DNA of 64,000 nucleotides, taken from NCBI GenBank assembly GCA_030295235.1, contig AP026145.1, positions 248,001 to 312,000 on the forward strand, read 5' to 3'. Origin of the DNA: Fistulifera solaris. Lineage: Eukaryota. Numbering within the stretch: the stretch's first letter is position 1; the number at the start of each line of letters is the position of its first letter. Positions 37,066 through 47,205 of the stretch are shown here, piece after piece. Under the pieces are notes generated by a model. The model ran no database searches, was not told the DNA's origin, and saw only the letters and a program-made list of their open reading frames with translations. Made by a program: the position numbers and the translations under genes.

Positions 37066-38603
37066 ATGGCTTGTTGGTTCAGAGATCTTCCTGCCAGCGA
37101 GATGAACGACGACAGGTCGACGCTCATGACGCAACTTCGCGCGACTAAACGGAGTTCGAAGATGCAGTTCTACCACGCAGTCCACCATCCTTGTAACATG
37201 AAATGTCTAATAGAGGATTTAGAAGGGCATCAGCTTGTGTGGCTTGATGCCGAAAGCTTCATCGTAACCAAAAAACTACCAAAATCTGTTCCTTACTCCT
37301 CCAAGTTTCGGAAAGGGACTGCATGCATTGAATTCACATACATGACGATCTACATCTACGGGACATCAAGTCGAGTTGTAGCCCTTGTTACAGAACGCTT
37401 TCTTCTTCTGAAAGATCCTTGCTACTCTATTTGTATTGGAGCTAATTATAATGGTACGGGCGATAAGCTGACTCCCACTACTTTTCTGGACACGCGGTTC
37501 CTTCAAGAACTCTTCGAAGTCAATCCGCATCGCCTGCTCGTCCTAGGACGTGGATGTTATCTTTCGAAACAGCAATCAGTTGCACTCGCATCGCACCCAA
37601 AGCCCTTGAAACTGGAAGTTGATTGCATGTTTGAAGATTACGGGCGCGCGTTTGTTGAAACGCTTTCGCAACGAACCACCGACTTTGGCGTACTTTCGCT
37701 TTGGACGCGCAGCTGTTTTGATAAGAGGTACACTGAAAAGTCATCCTATGGGTTCCATTCCGAGATCATGAGCGCCCTTTCCCATGTTTCGCTGCGAACG
37801 ACGAGCCAGATTTGGAAAGGGTCGCAGTGCATTATACCTCTGTCTTCTTCGGCGCTGCGACTTGAATACACAATCCCGAATTCGAGTGAAATCGCGGAAG
37901 TCGAAATACTTACAGTGGCTCCCAAGAAGTCAAATTAGTGTTCGAGTCGTCGATACCCTCCCCCTTTTCATACTCATTTCTTTGAGAAGAGTGGAAATTT
38001 ACAAGAACTGGGGATCATTTATAATTTCTACCACGCACCTTCTGCGGAACAACAGCAAGAACTTTTACAGGCGATTGCAACGAGTCAGAATTTAAAACGG
38101 CTTGAGCTCGGTTGTCTTTCCATTTTGAATGAGTTTTGGTGCGAGCTAATAGCGGTTCTTCAACAGCACAAAAGTCTTCGGATAGTAGTTTTCCGGGTGC
38201 AAACGAAACCGAAGTTGAATCAGGTGAATACGCTGGCTACTCTCATGCAAAGAAACAGTTTCTTAGATGTTTCGTTCGATTACATAATGATGAATTTTGC
38301 CGATAAACTTGAGGTGGAAGCCAAAATTGGGCCGATACGTCTTCAAAATCGTATCAGCGCTCTGACGCGCGATTCCAACTATGATCGATCATCTCTATTC
38401 GGTGCGGCGCTGATGCATTGGGGAAATGGTTACTTTGGTGCGATGGGTTTTTGTTGAGCCCGAATGTTGATGTTCTCTGTTCTTTACTTGGTCAGCCCCC
38501 ATGTGATGCAGCCAGAAGTGAAACGCGCGCGGAAACTAGTCACCAAATAGATCTTTCTCCCCGCTTGAAGAAACAAAAGACGGATTTACAGGAAGAAGTC
38601 TGA
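37066..38603 (+). CDS. Divergent RNI/LRR-like family protein, copy D (fragmented)
   Basis: LFEVNPHRLL...LSKQQSVALASHP...FEDYGRAFVETLSQRTTDFGVLSL, HKSLRIVVF and LLSPNVDVLCSL correspond to motifs in copies A-C. Confidence 0.62.
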
Positions 38604-39146
38604 CACAATCGCGTGTATTTCAAACAAATCTGCTGAAGTTTGTGATGTCCTAAGTAAACCTCGCATCAAGCCTAATACTTATTGCTTTATCCACGTAATT
38701 TCATCGGTCAACGGTAATGAATCATAATTTCTCTTTTGATCAAGATAATCCTTTCTGCTGCAAGTAGGGGCCAAGGTTATAACGGACGCTTTTCTTTGTT
38801 TTCTGTTGCTTTTTATCCTTTCGCATATCCATCGGTTTCCTGTCGCTCCGTTTAAAGCGCGCCGATTAGTTGCAAATTTATTGTATCCAGCAGCGAGGAT
38901 CAAATGACAACCAAGCATTCATTCAATATAAGAAAATGAGTCTAAACGGACGTTCTTGATTAGGTCTAGACTATTCGGGTTTCTATAACATTTTAGGTCT
39001 AACCTTTTCCACGACTGCATTTCAGCAATTCGTGTTAAATACAGAGCGGTACCCCTTCTCCTCCGCCGCAAAAAAGAATAAACGCATCGCAATCGCTAAA
39101 GGTCGTCGATTATGCTTATTGTATTTCTTTGACACTTGCATTCAAT

Positions 39147-40208
39147 ATGATGAAATCACATTATTGTACAAATCTTGTGCTACTGTTGCTGATTCCATGT
39201 CCACCAATTTGGGGATTCGTCATTACGCGGAACGGATTGCCAGCGAAAAGTCTCCGTAAAATGGTCTGCCAGTCCCCCAATTTGGTGTTTCCACATCGAC
39301 GAAGGAAGGATTTACTCAAACGAAATGCTCTGATACCGCTTACAGTCCCTGAAACGCAAAATTTGCTGTCAACCGGTCCACCTACGGGTGCACAATACTC
39401 CGTATACATTGGCCGAACGCCTCGCGAACGGTTTGGCCGACTGATCGAGTCGTCGATTGTCGGGTTCTTGGGTGTTTTCTTCAGCTATTTTCTCTCTTTT
39501 GTCATTGGTGGATTTTTCGCAACATTGTTAGGGTGTATTTTCTTCTTCTGGGGTATTTTATCACCAGAGTTTCAAGCATATCAAAGGAACTGGGAATTTT
39601 TAGGAGGTCGACCACTGGTTGATATGGAAGATACTACCGCGAAGAAAGATCCAGACAAAGCTGGTCTGTACAGTGCTCTCTTTGTTGGTCATCTTGCGGA
39701 TTTAGCTGTTGTGGAAGATGCTATTTCGGATGTGGAGTACGATTTAGACGATTTTCGCGATTACACAATGGACGGCGACGAGCTGGAAAAGTTGACCGGT
39801 CGACCGTATTTGCTTCGCGTTTTAGCCCGCGATCGAACAGGACGCGAACTTCAAATACACACGAGGATGAGCGAAGAGTATGTCGACGGTGCATTGGAAA
39901 CAGGGTTGCCCGTGACAGCAATCTTGCTCAGTACACAGAGAAATTTTTCACGCTTAGCCGGCATCACCGACCTATACGTTCCGGATGCCAACTTGTGGCT
40001 AGGAGACTACCCATATCTTGACAGGGAACACATGGAAGCCATGCTAGCGGAAGACGATGATATTTGGGATGCGCTGCAAGCCGAAGCTATCGATTACGAC
40101 TTGATGGAGGATGTTTATCAAGATAGCAAAGGGGACAACGATGGAAATGATGACTTCAATTCCATAACTGACAATCGCATTCCTCTCCGACGGCGAAGAA
40201 AAAGATAG
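39147..40208 (+). CDS. Conserved hypothetical membrane protein, probably plastid-targeted
   Basis: Intact ORF with a signal peptide ending IWG-F followed by a basic transit-like segment, and two hydrophobic helices. LIPLT...PTGAQY recalls a cyanobacterial/plant membrane family (from memory, unverified). Confidence 0.7.
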   Translation: MMKSHYCTNLVLLLLIPCPPIWGFVITRNGLPAKSLRKMVCQSPNLVFPHRRRKDLLKRNALIPLTVPETQNLLSTGPPTGAQYSVYIGRTPRERFGRLIESSIVGFLGVFFSYFLSFVIGGFFATLLGCIFFFWGILSPEFQAYQRNWEFLGGRPLVDMEDTTAKKDPDKAGLYSALFVGHLADLAVVEDAISDVEYDLDDFRDYTMDGDELEKLTGRPYLLRVLARDRTGRELQIHTRMSEEYVDGALETGLPVTAILLSTQRNFSRLAGITDLYVPDANLWLGDYPYLDREHMEAMLAEDDDIWDALQAEAIDYDLMEDVYQDSKGDNDGNDDFNSITDNRIPLRRRRKR

Positions 40209-41086
40209 TTCCCAATGGTTGTTTGCGGCTTGCGGCTTCCTGATGTGAATTTTATAATGTTTTGCTATTGGATATTAATGTCGTGTGGCATTCGTGCAAA
40301 CTGGTTAACACTTCATTTGCTCGAAGAATTAGCTGTGGTTGGCAGGCGATGCTAATGCTAAGTCATTATTAATTATCAGGTAATCAATGTCGTGTAACTT
40401 GTGAAGAAGAAGAAAAATGAGCTCTGCAGATTCTCTAGAGAGATGATAGAGATACGCTCGTAACGTGAGTTAGCTTTGACGTCATAGCGGCACTGCATTG
40501 GTACTTCTCATTTGTCATCTATTGGTTGATCATGTTTGAACTATAGGCTTCTAATACCGGGTCAAGGTCAATCGGCACTCGGCTGTAAGCGCGCGTCCTT
40601 AGTAGCAGTACTGTACCATGTCCTGGACATGTTGCGTCCAGTGCTTGATGAAATTTTGACAAACTAAAAACGCGGCGCAATATTAGATAAAATAATGTAG
40701 CATGTAATCTCATAGAATTTTGAATTTGACAGGTAAGTTGAAGCACGGCAATGTCATGTTTCTAAGGTACGCATGGCGCCGTTTGTGATCCGCTCTGACA
40801 ATTGCGTCCGTTGCTTACGCATTATTGAAACAATTTAGAGCGGAATCTCTGCTTACAAAGCAAGCAAGCTGCATGACATTACCAGGTAAATTTGGCGACG
40901 AATCTGAACAAACAGAGCCCTGAATTCATTAACAAAGTTCATTGCTCGCTTAGTACTCGTCACTCGTCATTGGTAGGAGAAACATAGTTTCTCAAATCTC
41001 AAGCCCAAATATAAAAATGAAAAGCGACAAAGACTATAAAAACAAAAAGAGAAGATAGATAGCATTAGGCAGACGATGGCGTCAAA

Positions 41087-41122
41087 GTCGGCATGGTCTA
41101 GAGGCATGATACTCGCTTTGGG
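41087..41122 (+). pseudogene. Orphan 5' half of a tRNA-Pro(TGG)
   Basis: GTCGGCA-TG-GTCTAGAGGCATGAT-A-CTCGC-TT-TGG-G, ending at position 37. No matching GCGAG or T arm follows. Confidence 0.8.
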
Positions 41123-41224
41123 ACTCAACCCCCAACCAATGAAAGTGGCAAAGACTGACTCAACTAACTTGGCAATTCTAGGTTGCAATTCAATAACCCT
41201 AGCTACTGTTGCACGTGTGATGGA

Positions 41225-41313
41225 GTCGGCATGGTCTAGTGGTATGATCCCTGCTTTGGGGCTCGGGAATGAGCGGTTGCAGGGGGTCCCGAGTTCAAAC
41301 CTCGGTGTCGACC
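41225..41313 (+). tRNA. trnP-TGG: tRNA-Pro(TGG) with 17-nt intron (41261-41277)
   Basis: Acceptor GTCGGCA/TGTCGAC plus C73, anticodon stem CCTGC/GCAGG with loop TT-TGG-G^T, T arm CCGAG-TTCAAAC-CTCGG, followed by an oligo-T trailer. Confidence 0.93.
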
Positions 41314-41590
41314 TTCTTTTGTCTTTTGCTTTTGCAAAAGGTTGTCCTCGGGCGTTTTTCCATGCGTTGGATGTTGGATCCAAAAAATGGCAAGGTTGCA
41401 ATCATACGTTTGGCTGTCACCCGTCTCCATAATTTTTGCCTATGTGTTCAGTACCGTTTCTGAGATAAGGACACTGAGGCTACTAAAACTGCAATACCAA
41501 TATTTCATCGTCTACTTATTATTTGAGATTAAGCACATTACTGTATGCATTAATGTTGTGCGGAGCTGTTCTTCGTTCTTCGCGCAAGTG
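41292..41590 (+). repeat. Left diverged direct repeat (tRNA 3' end + trailer)
   Basis: Shares TGTCGACCTTCTTTT, GTTGGATCCAAAAAATGGC, GTCACCCGTCT, TTTCTGA..AGGACAC and GGAGCTGTTCTTCG with 46794-47075. Confidence 0.85.
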
Positions 41591-42339
41591 CTTGCTTTCT
41601 TGCTTCTTGCTTGCTCCTAGGCTCGCATAAGGTTAGGGTTACTGGTAGCGCCGTTTCCATTTTTCACGCTTTTGACGCACGCAACAACACAAACCACAAC
41701 CAGCCATTCCATGCGTTTGCAACCATTCGAGTTCATAAAAAATAGTTCGTAGTTTTGTTGTCGACTGAGATGAGAAAACGAGACAACCCTTTCGCCGTCG
41801 GTCTTTCGGCCGTGATCAGGCAATTTAACAAAAATTGGACAACAGATCGAGGAATTTTGGAAGGAATTCTCCTTCCATCGAATGCCATTAAGTCGAAACT
41901 GTGCCTTGCCGTTCATTTGCGGTGACGAATGGCGATGTGAACAGAAAGACCCGGGTGTTTTTGAGATGAAAAGCTCTAAAAATCCGTCGTTGTTTAGTGA
42001 AAACCATTCTGGCAAAGTGATCTTGGCGCCCGTCTTCATGATTTCTCCGAAAGACCTGCGATGAACTTCCGTTTGGAATTCGTTTTGGAATTGGGAGCCA
42101 CACTCCGACGACACAATCGCGACGTTTTTACGACAATAGCTGAACGGTGTTCAAGTACCCTTCAATTCTTCTTACCAGGTACCTGGTAAACGAAAAGCAC
42201 GCAACATCGCTTTTCTTTTCAAGATACGAACAGCTCCAATTAAACTTGAACGGGTATTCAATTGACAACCGAATCGTGATCCTACTAATTGATATGATTT
42301 TTCTCAATTAAGTTTTTTTTGACGAGCGGCGATTTCACA

Positions 42340-42690
42340 ATAGATGTTGAATGAGAGACATTTGCCACTTGTTGGGACGTTCGATGAAGATTGAGTCGAT
42401 TTTAGATGTCGGTATTGGGTCTGCCTCTTTTTCCATTGTCGTCACTCAACGATGGCAAAAGCTGCTGCGATTGCTTAACATCTATTCGATCACGAGAAAT
42501 TTGTTCGGTCGACATCCGACAGCATGATTTGTAATCTTGAAAGAGACGAACTACATGACTAGAGCTTCCTTAGATACTACAGCGATTGTGCCAGTCGATC
42601 GCCATCTGCAAATGCACTCTGTTATCCATAGTCCGAAATTCCTCGCGTATCGGCAGGCCCACCAGCTGTATCCTCATTTTGTTTACGGAT
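42340..42690 (-). pseudogene. Relic third copy of the HNH-AP2 gene 3' end and its downstream region
   Basis: CCAGTCGATCGCCATCTGCAA matches 18392 and GTCCGAAATTCCTCG matches 43450. Translation TAGGPADTRGISD parallels TPDGPTGSRGISD, and 42360-42420 parallels 42970-43030. Confidence 0.65.
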
Positions 42691-43311
42691 AGGTCTACGC
42701 AGCTCACAAAATTGATAAATTTTTAGGTGACCGTGGAAGAACTGTTTGAAGAGGATCGAAGACAAGATTTGGGCCACATTCGACATCTCTATACAATGCG
42801 ACGATTTTTCATGAACGAAAAGCAAGCAACACTGTGCTGCGCTACAAGTTACGAATTGCTCCGTTCAACCACTACCCGAACAAACGTTTGAAACAGATCA
42901 CGCATTGCATTGTCATTTGCCGTTGGTTCTCAATCATGTACTTGACGAGCGATCTTCACAAGCGATATCTAATTTGCCGATTGGGGACGATCTGCTGAAG
43001 ACTGAGTCGAATCTAGCCGTTGGTAGCCTACCGTTTGCTTGTCCAAACCAAATTTCGTCACGATCGACTACGACAAGCTTTTTGACGCTTATACAACAGA
43101 CCAATCGGAGCTCTTTTCAATTCACTTGGTCGATATGATATTTCCTGCATGTTCGATAAAAATCGCCATGGCGTGCGTCGCATCCACTTGTTTTCGACAA
43201 GATCATTCAAAGATGGACGGTCGTGGAACCAACGTTCGAAACCAGAATACGAGACTCAGATCTAGGAAGAAACGAACTGCATTACTAGTTTCGTTAGCTT
43301 CTCACGCAAGT

Positions 43312-46085
43312 CTACTCGGTCTTCTTTGGGTATGTAGGAGGAACGACATCAACGTGATAGTTCATACCCTTGTTCGAGGAATGTAGCATACGCCAATCGT
43401 TCGCCATCTGCAATGCACCTTTCTCCCCGTATGTCTTGGTCGAGAACTTGTCCGAAATTCCTCGAAGCGGTAGGGCCAACAGGAGTATACTCGCTGGCTG
43501 TTGCCTTCCAATAAGAATCTACGCTAAGATCCTTATTATCGCGGAAGACGTAAGAGTGAACCATCTTCGCGCCGGTCCCTTCTGACGGTGTTGGGTTTGG
43601 TTGTTGTTTTGAAAGATTACACCTCGGTCAAGGAGGTTTCCGACGGCATTGTCCTCTCGATTTTGATTGGCGTGGTCGACGGTCAGCTTCTCGCTCAATT
43701 CCTTGCCAATATGCGCTTCCAAGACAAAGCGGCAGAAGTTTCGGGTTCGAGTCACTTTCTGAAGTCCGTGAAAGTGATGCGGAACGTGATCTTGCCGTCG
43801 ATGGTACTGATGCGCTTCTGGATAGGAATGTATCTTTTTCGGCCTAGGTGGTAGACATGGGTGCCGTCTCCACTGACAAGAATATCCTTGAAGAAAGGGT
43901 GCTCCCACCAGTCGTGCTCTCCGCTCCTCCAATAGGTTGAAATGATCTCTAAAGTGGACAGAGTCCAAAATTTTCTCGCGAGCAAGAAAAAGTGGCGACA
44001 AGGGTGAGTGTGCGATCGTCGCCTCATTCTTGTCTAACACGGTGAAACTTACTTGCGGTCCCTGAAAAGATTTGCCAGCATACTATTTTCAGCAAGCAAG
44101 ATCCAAGCTAAGTTCACCAAGCGATTGTCTTGTACGTCGCTGTTTCCGTGATGACTGACACATCCCTCTGGTCGTCTGCCTCTGAAGGTGATCAGCACAA
44201 GGTGGTGGACGTGAAATTTCTTTTTGGTATGGTTGCAGAGGTCGCTGTAAAGATCCACTCTCAGGTACCCGTCGGAATCCATTTGAGTTTTCAACACTCT
44301 ATAGAATCTGGTCAGAATATGGCGACCCCCGCCCTAGTTTGAGGTCTCTTCCGACGACTTCCTCATACTTTGAATTAAAATTTCCCATGACCTTCGGGCT
44401 GTATTCTCGCCAACTTTGTCTGCGACCGATGATGAAGCCATTCTCGTGGCAAAAGTAAACCAACGGGTAAAAGGGGAAAGTCTTTAGTGTCCCATCCTTC
44501 ATCTGAATTCTTGCAACCACCGCACAAAGTTGCCCATTTTCATCGTAGGACGTTTCTTCGCTTTCCAGCCTCTATCCCCTGCTCCTCCGGGTATGGGAAA
44601 TAGCCCGTGTAGGGGCCAATGCGAAAGTCCTCATAATCCATGTCAAGAAGAAATGGATCGTCCTCGTCTTTGGTCTTGACTCCCCCTTCGGTTTGGTGGT
44701 TACTTTGACCTTCGGGTTCAGCATCTTTGGCGCTCAGCATCTCGGTTCGCCCATTGAGGTCAAAGACATTGTACGGAATCGCTCGCAACTGATCTGTCAA
44801 TAGCCAATCATTGATGATCCCAATTGGAATTGGCTTGTTGGGCTTCTTGGGGTCGTTGTTTATATAGTCTTTTATGTTGAATGCCTAGGCTTCCGCTGGT
44901 GTCGCGATCTCAACTTTGAAATCAAACCTCACGGATCCCGAAGAAGGTTCAGCGCGTCTGTGTTATAAGAGCAGAAAAACTTGTGAGTACCGTACGTCCA
45001 GTGAACGCTGGCAAAGCAGAAGATAATGTGACCTACCTGCCCCTTCGCCTTCGGCGATCGATCAACATCGCAAGCTCCGCTACGTTACGAGGACCTTCTG
45101 GGAGTCGTTGAGTTTCCATATCTTGAATCTTTTGGCGCATTCTCTCGACAGCGTTTTCCAGCAATTCACACCGTGGAACTCTTGCCCCGCCATCAACTGG
45201 AGGTTGCTGCGCGGCGTCAGCTTCGGGAACAACGGAGTCATCGTCGGCAATGGAGTCGTCATCGTTGACACCGAGAACTTCAATGTCGTTGGTGGATGCG
45301 TTGGGATCATCCGCTTGCATCGGGGCGAAGTTCGACTTCCACGGAATCGTCGTCGACTGTAATGACTTGCACTGTAGAGGCAATGGGAGCGTTGGTGTCG
45401 AGAAGCGACTGGCCACGTTCACGCTTTGCCATGTCGTCCTTCAACTTCGCGAAGGGCACGCGTTAGCGTCTTGTTTGGTTTCGAACGAGGGCGGCGGGTT
45501 TGGACGTGGTGATCTGCGATCCAGCAAGCAGAGCATCTTCAACATCGGTATCGGTGTCCGACTCAAAGACGTCACGGAGAAAAGTCTTTGCCCAAGCCAG
45601 AAACACAATGGCAGGCGTCAGCGGCTGCTACAGCGGGTTTGGGGGTGCGGGTAGCATGTCGTGTCTTCTTAGAGCCTGAGCGAGCGACAGCGGCGGGTTT
45701 GGGGGTACGGGTCTTCCACTTAGGTCCAGCAAGCAGAGCACCTTCGACATCAGTATCGCTGTCGGACTCAAGGAGGAAGAGAGGATCTTGTTTGCCCGAA
45801 CCGGAAACCCAAGGAACGGCGGCGGGTTTGGAATCGAAATCGTCGTCCTCGCCGTCATCGTAAAGAGTAGCCGCGAGGGCCGCAAATCGGTTCGAGACAG
45901 CGACAGGAGCGGGCTTCTTGTCTTGAGACGGATCAACCTTCTTGTCTTCGACAGATCGGTCTTGTTCCGCTTCGTCGAAGCCTCGTTCAGTATCCGAAGG
46001 GTTCTTTGAGACGCGACGTTTCTTGTTGTTGACGATGGTATAGCCAGAGTCGGTGGTAGACGAAGTCGGTGGAAGAAGAGTCCAT
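43312..46085 (-). CDS. Spliced gene: low-complexity N-terminus + two HNH domains + AP2-like domain (copy 2, possibly inactivated)
   Basis: The ATG at 46085 has a 5' region homologous to that of copy 1, and intron 44958-45036 has the same position and phase. HNH1 is DGYLRVDLY...VHHLVLITFRGRRPEGCVSHHGNSDVQDNRLVNLAW; HNH2 is TVDHANQNREDNAVGNL; the end is VVPPTYPKKTE*. In-frame TAG at 44885-44887, plus frameshifts. Confidence 0.78.
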
Positions 46086-46793
46086 GGTAGTTTCGAGAGA
46101 AAGATTGCGAGATTGCAAAGAGAAAGTGAAAGTGATGTTTCACCAAAAATTGTGTTTTTGTGTGCTTGGTGCGGTGTTTCATTTTACAGAGCTTTGCTTT
46201 TGTTGATCATAGCCGTCAGCACAAACGGCGGGACCAGACTTGTCTCGTGAATGAAGATCATTGCCCTTTGTCTATGCCCCTCAATAAAGTATCGAGATAG
46301 ATTCAATGACAATTCCATTGGATCTTTGTAGAAATAGGACTTCTTTGAGTGCTGCTGCGAGAAGAATTGTACTCCCATCTTTTTTGGTGTTCATCGAAGT
46401 TATTTTTGAAGCATCGAATTTAAGTTTAGCACAAGACTCTGTTCTTATCGAAGGACAAGTAATGCTTCGATGGAATTATACTAAAAGAACCTCGAATGGT
46501 TGAAGCTGCATGAAGCTTACATTTATCATTAGTTGTTGCTCTTTTCACGAACGGCTTTCAGATAGTACGTGGGGAAATTGTTTGAAAAGAATGAATAATT
46601 TGCTTTTGTGTGAAGCACTAGCATACGACTCGTGACCAGCTTTTTGTTCTATAGAGTAACGTGTACACTGGCCGTCGTCCTTAACCTCAACCAAGACCTA
46701 CAAGTAACTGTGGAAAGGAACAACGAGTATACGAGTACCGGATCAAATATCTGCGAAACGTAAACTCAGATCGCAGTGATATTCAACTAAGCT

Positions 46794-47075
46794 AGTTCGA
46801 TTCCCGCTGTCGACCTTCTTTTCTCTTTTGAAGTCTTCGGGCGTCTTCCCAAGCGTTGGATCCAAAAAATGGCGAATGGCGAAGTTGCGTCCATCCGTTT
46901 GACCGTCACCCGTCTAAATGAATTTAGTCTAAGTATTCAGTACAAGTACCATTTCTGAAAAGAGGACACACATTGTACTAAACTTGCCATACCAAATTTC
47001 ACTACATACTTGTTATACTATATGAAACAATGTAGTGTAGGGATTAATCTAGTATGGAGCTGTTCTTCGCGCAGG
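46794..47075 (+). repeat. Right diverged direct repeat beginning with an orphan tRNA-Pro 3' end (46795-46815)
   Basis: GTTCGATTCCCGC-TGTCGAC-C-TTCTTTTCTCTTTTG gives the T loop, T stem 3' strand, acceptor 3' strand and terminator. No A-box or anticodon arm upstream. Confidence 0.85.
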
Positions 47076-47205
47076 CCCTTTCTTCTTCGAACTTCGCGCG
47101 TATTTCCGCTTTTTTTTGCTTTTGATGATCTCGATCGTCGTCGACGAGCAAAACGAACGAAAGAGCTATAAAGCAAAGCACCACCAAGCATCTTGCTTCT
47201 CCGTC

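Larger units (their letters stand above)
41087..47075. mobile_element. Putative tRNA-Pro-targeted HNH/AP2 cassette
   Basis: Order: split tRNA 5' half, intact tRNA-Pro, direct repeat, HNH relic, HNH-HNH-AP2 gene, tRNA 3' end with direct repeat. Mobility is inferred; no transposase or integrase is seen. Confidence 0.5.

Noticed and set aside
41087..41313. Single tRNA with a very long intron joining the orphan 5' half to the downstream 3' half
   Set aside because: CTCGC pairs poorly with GCAGG, and the downstream gene already has its own perfectly matching 5' half.
40967..41463. ORFs overlapping the tRNA-Pro region
   Set aside because: Spurious translations of tRNA and flanking sequence.
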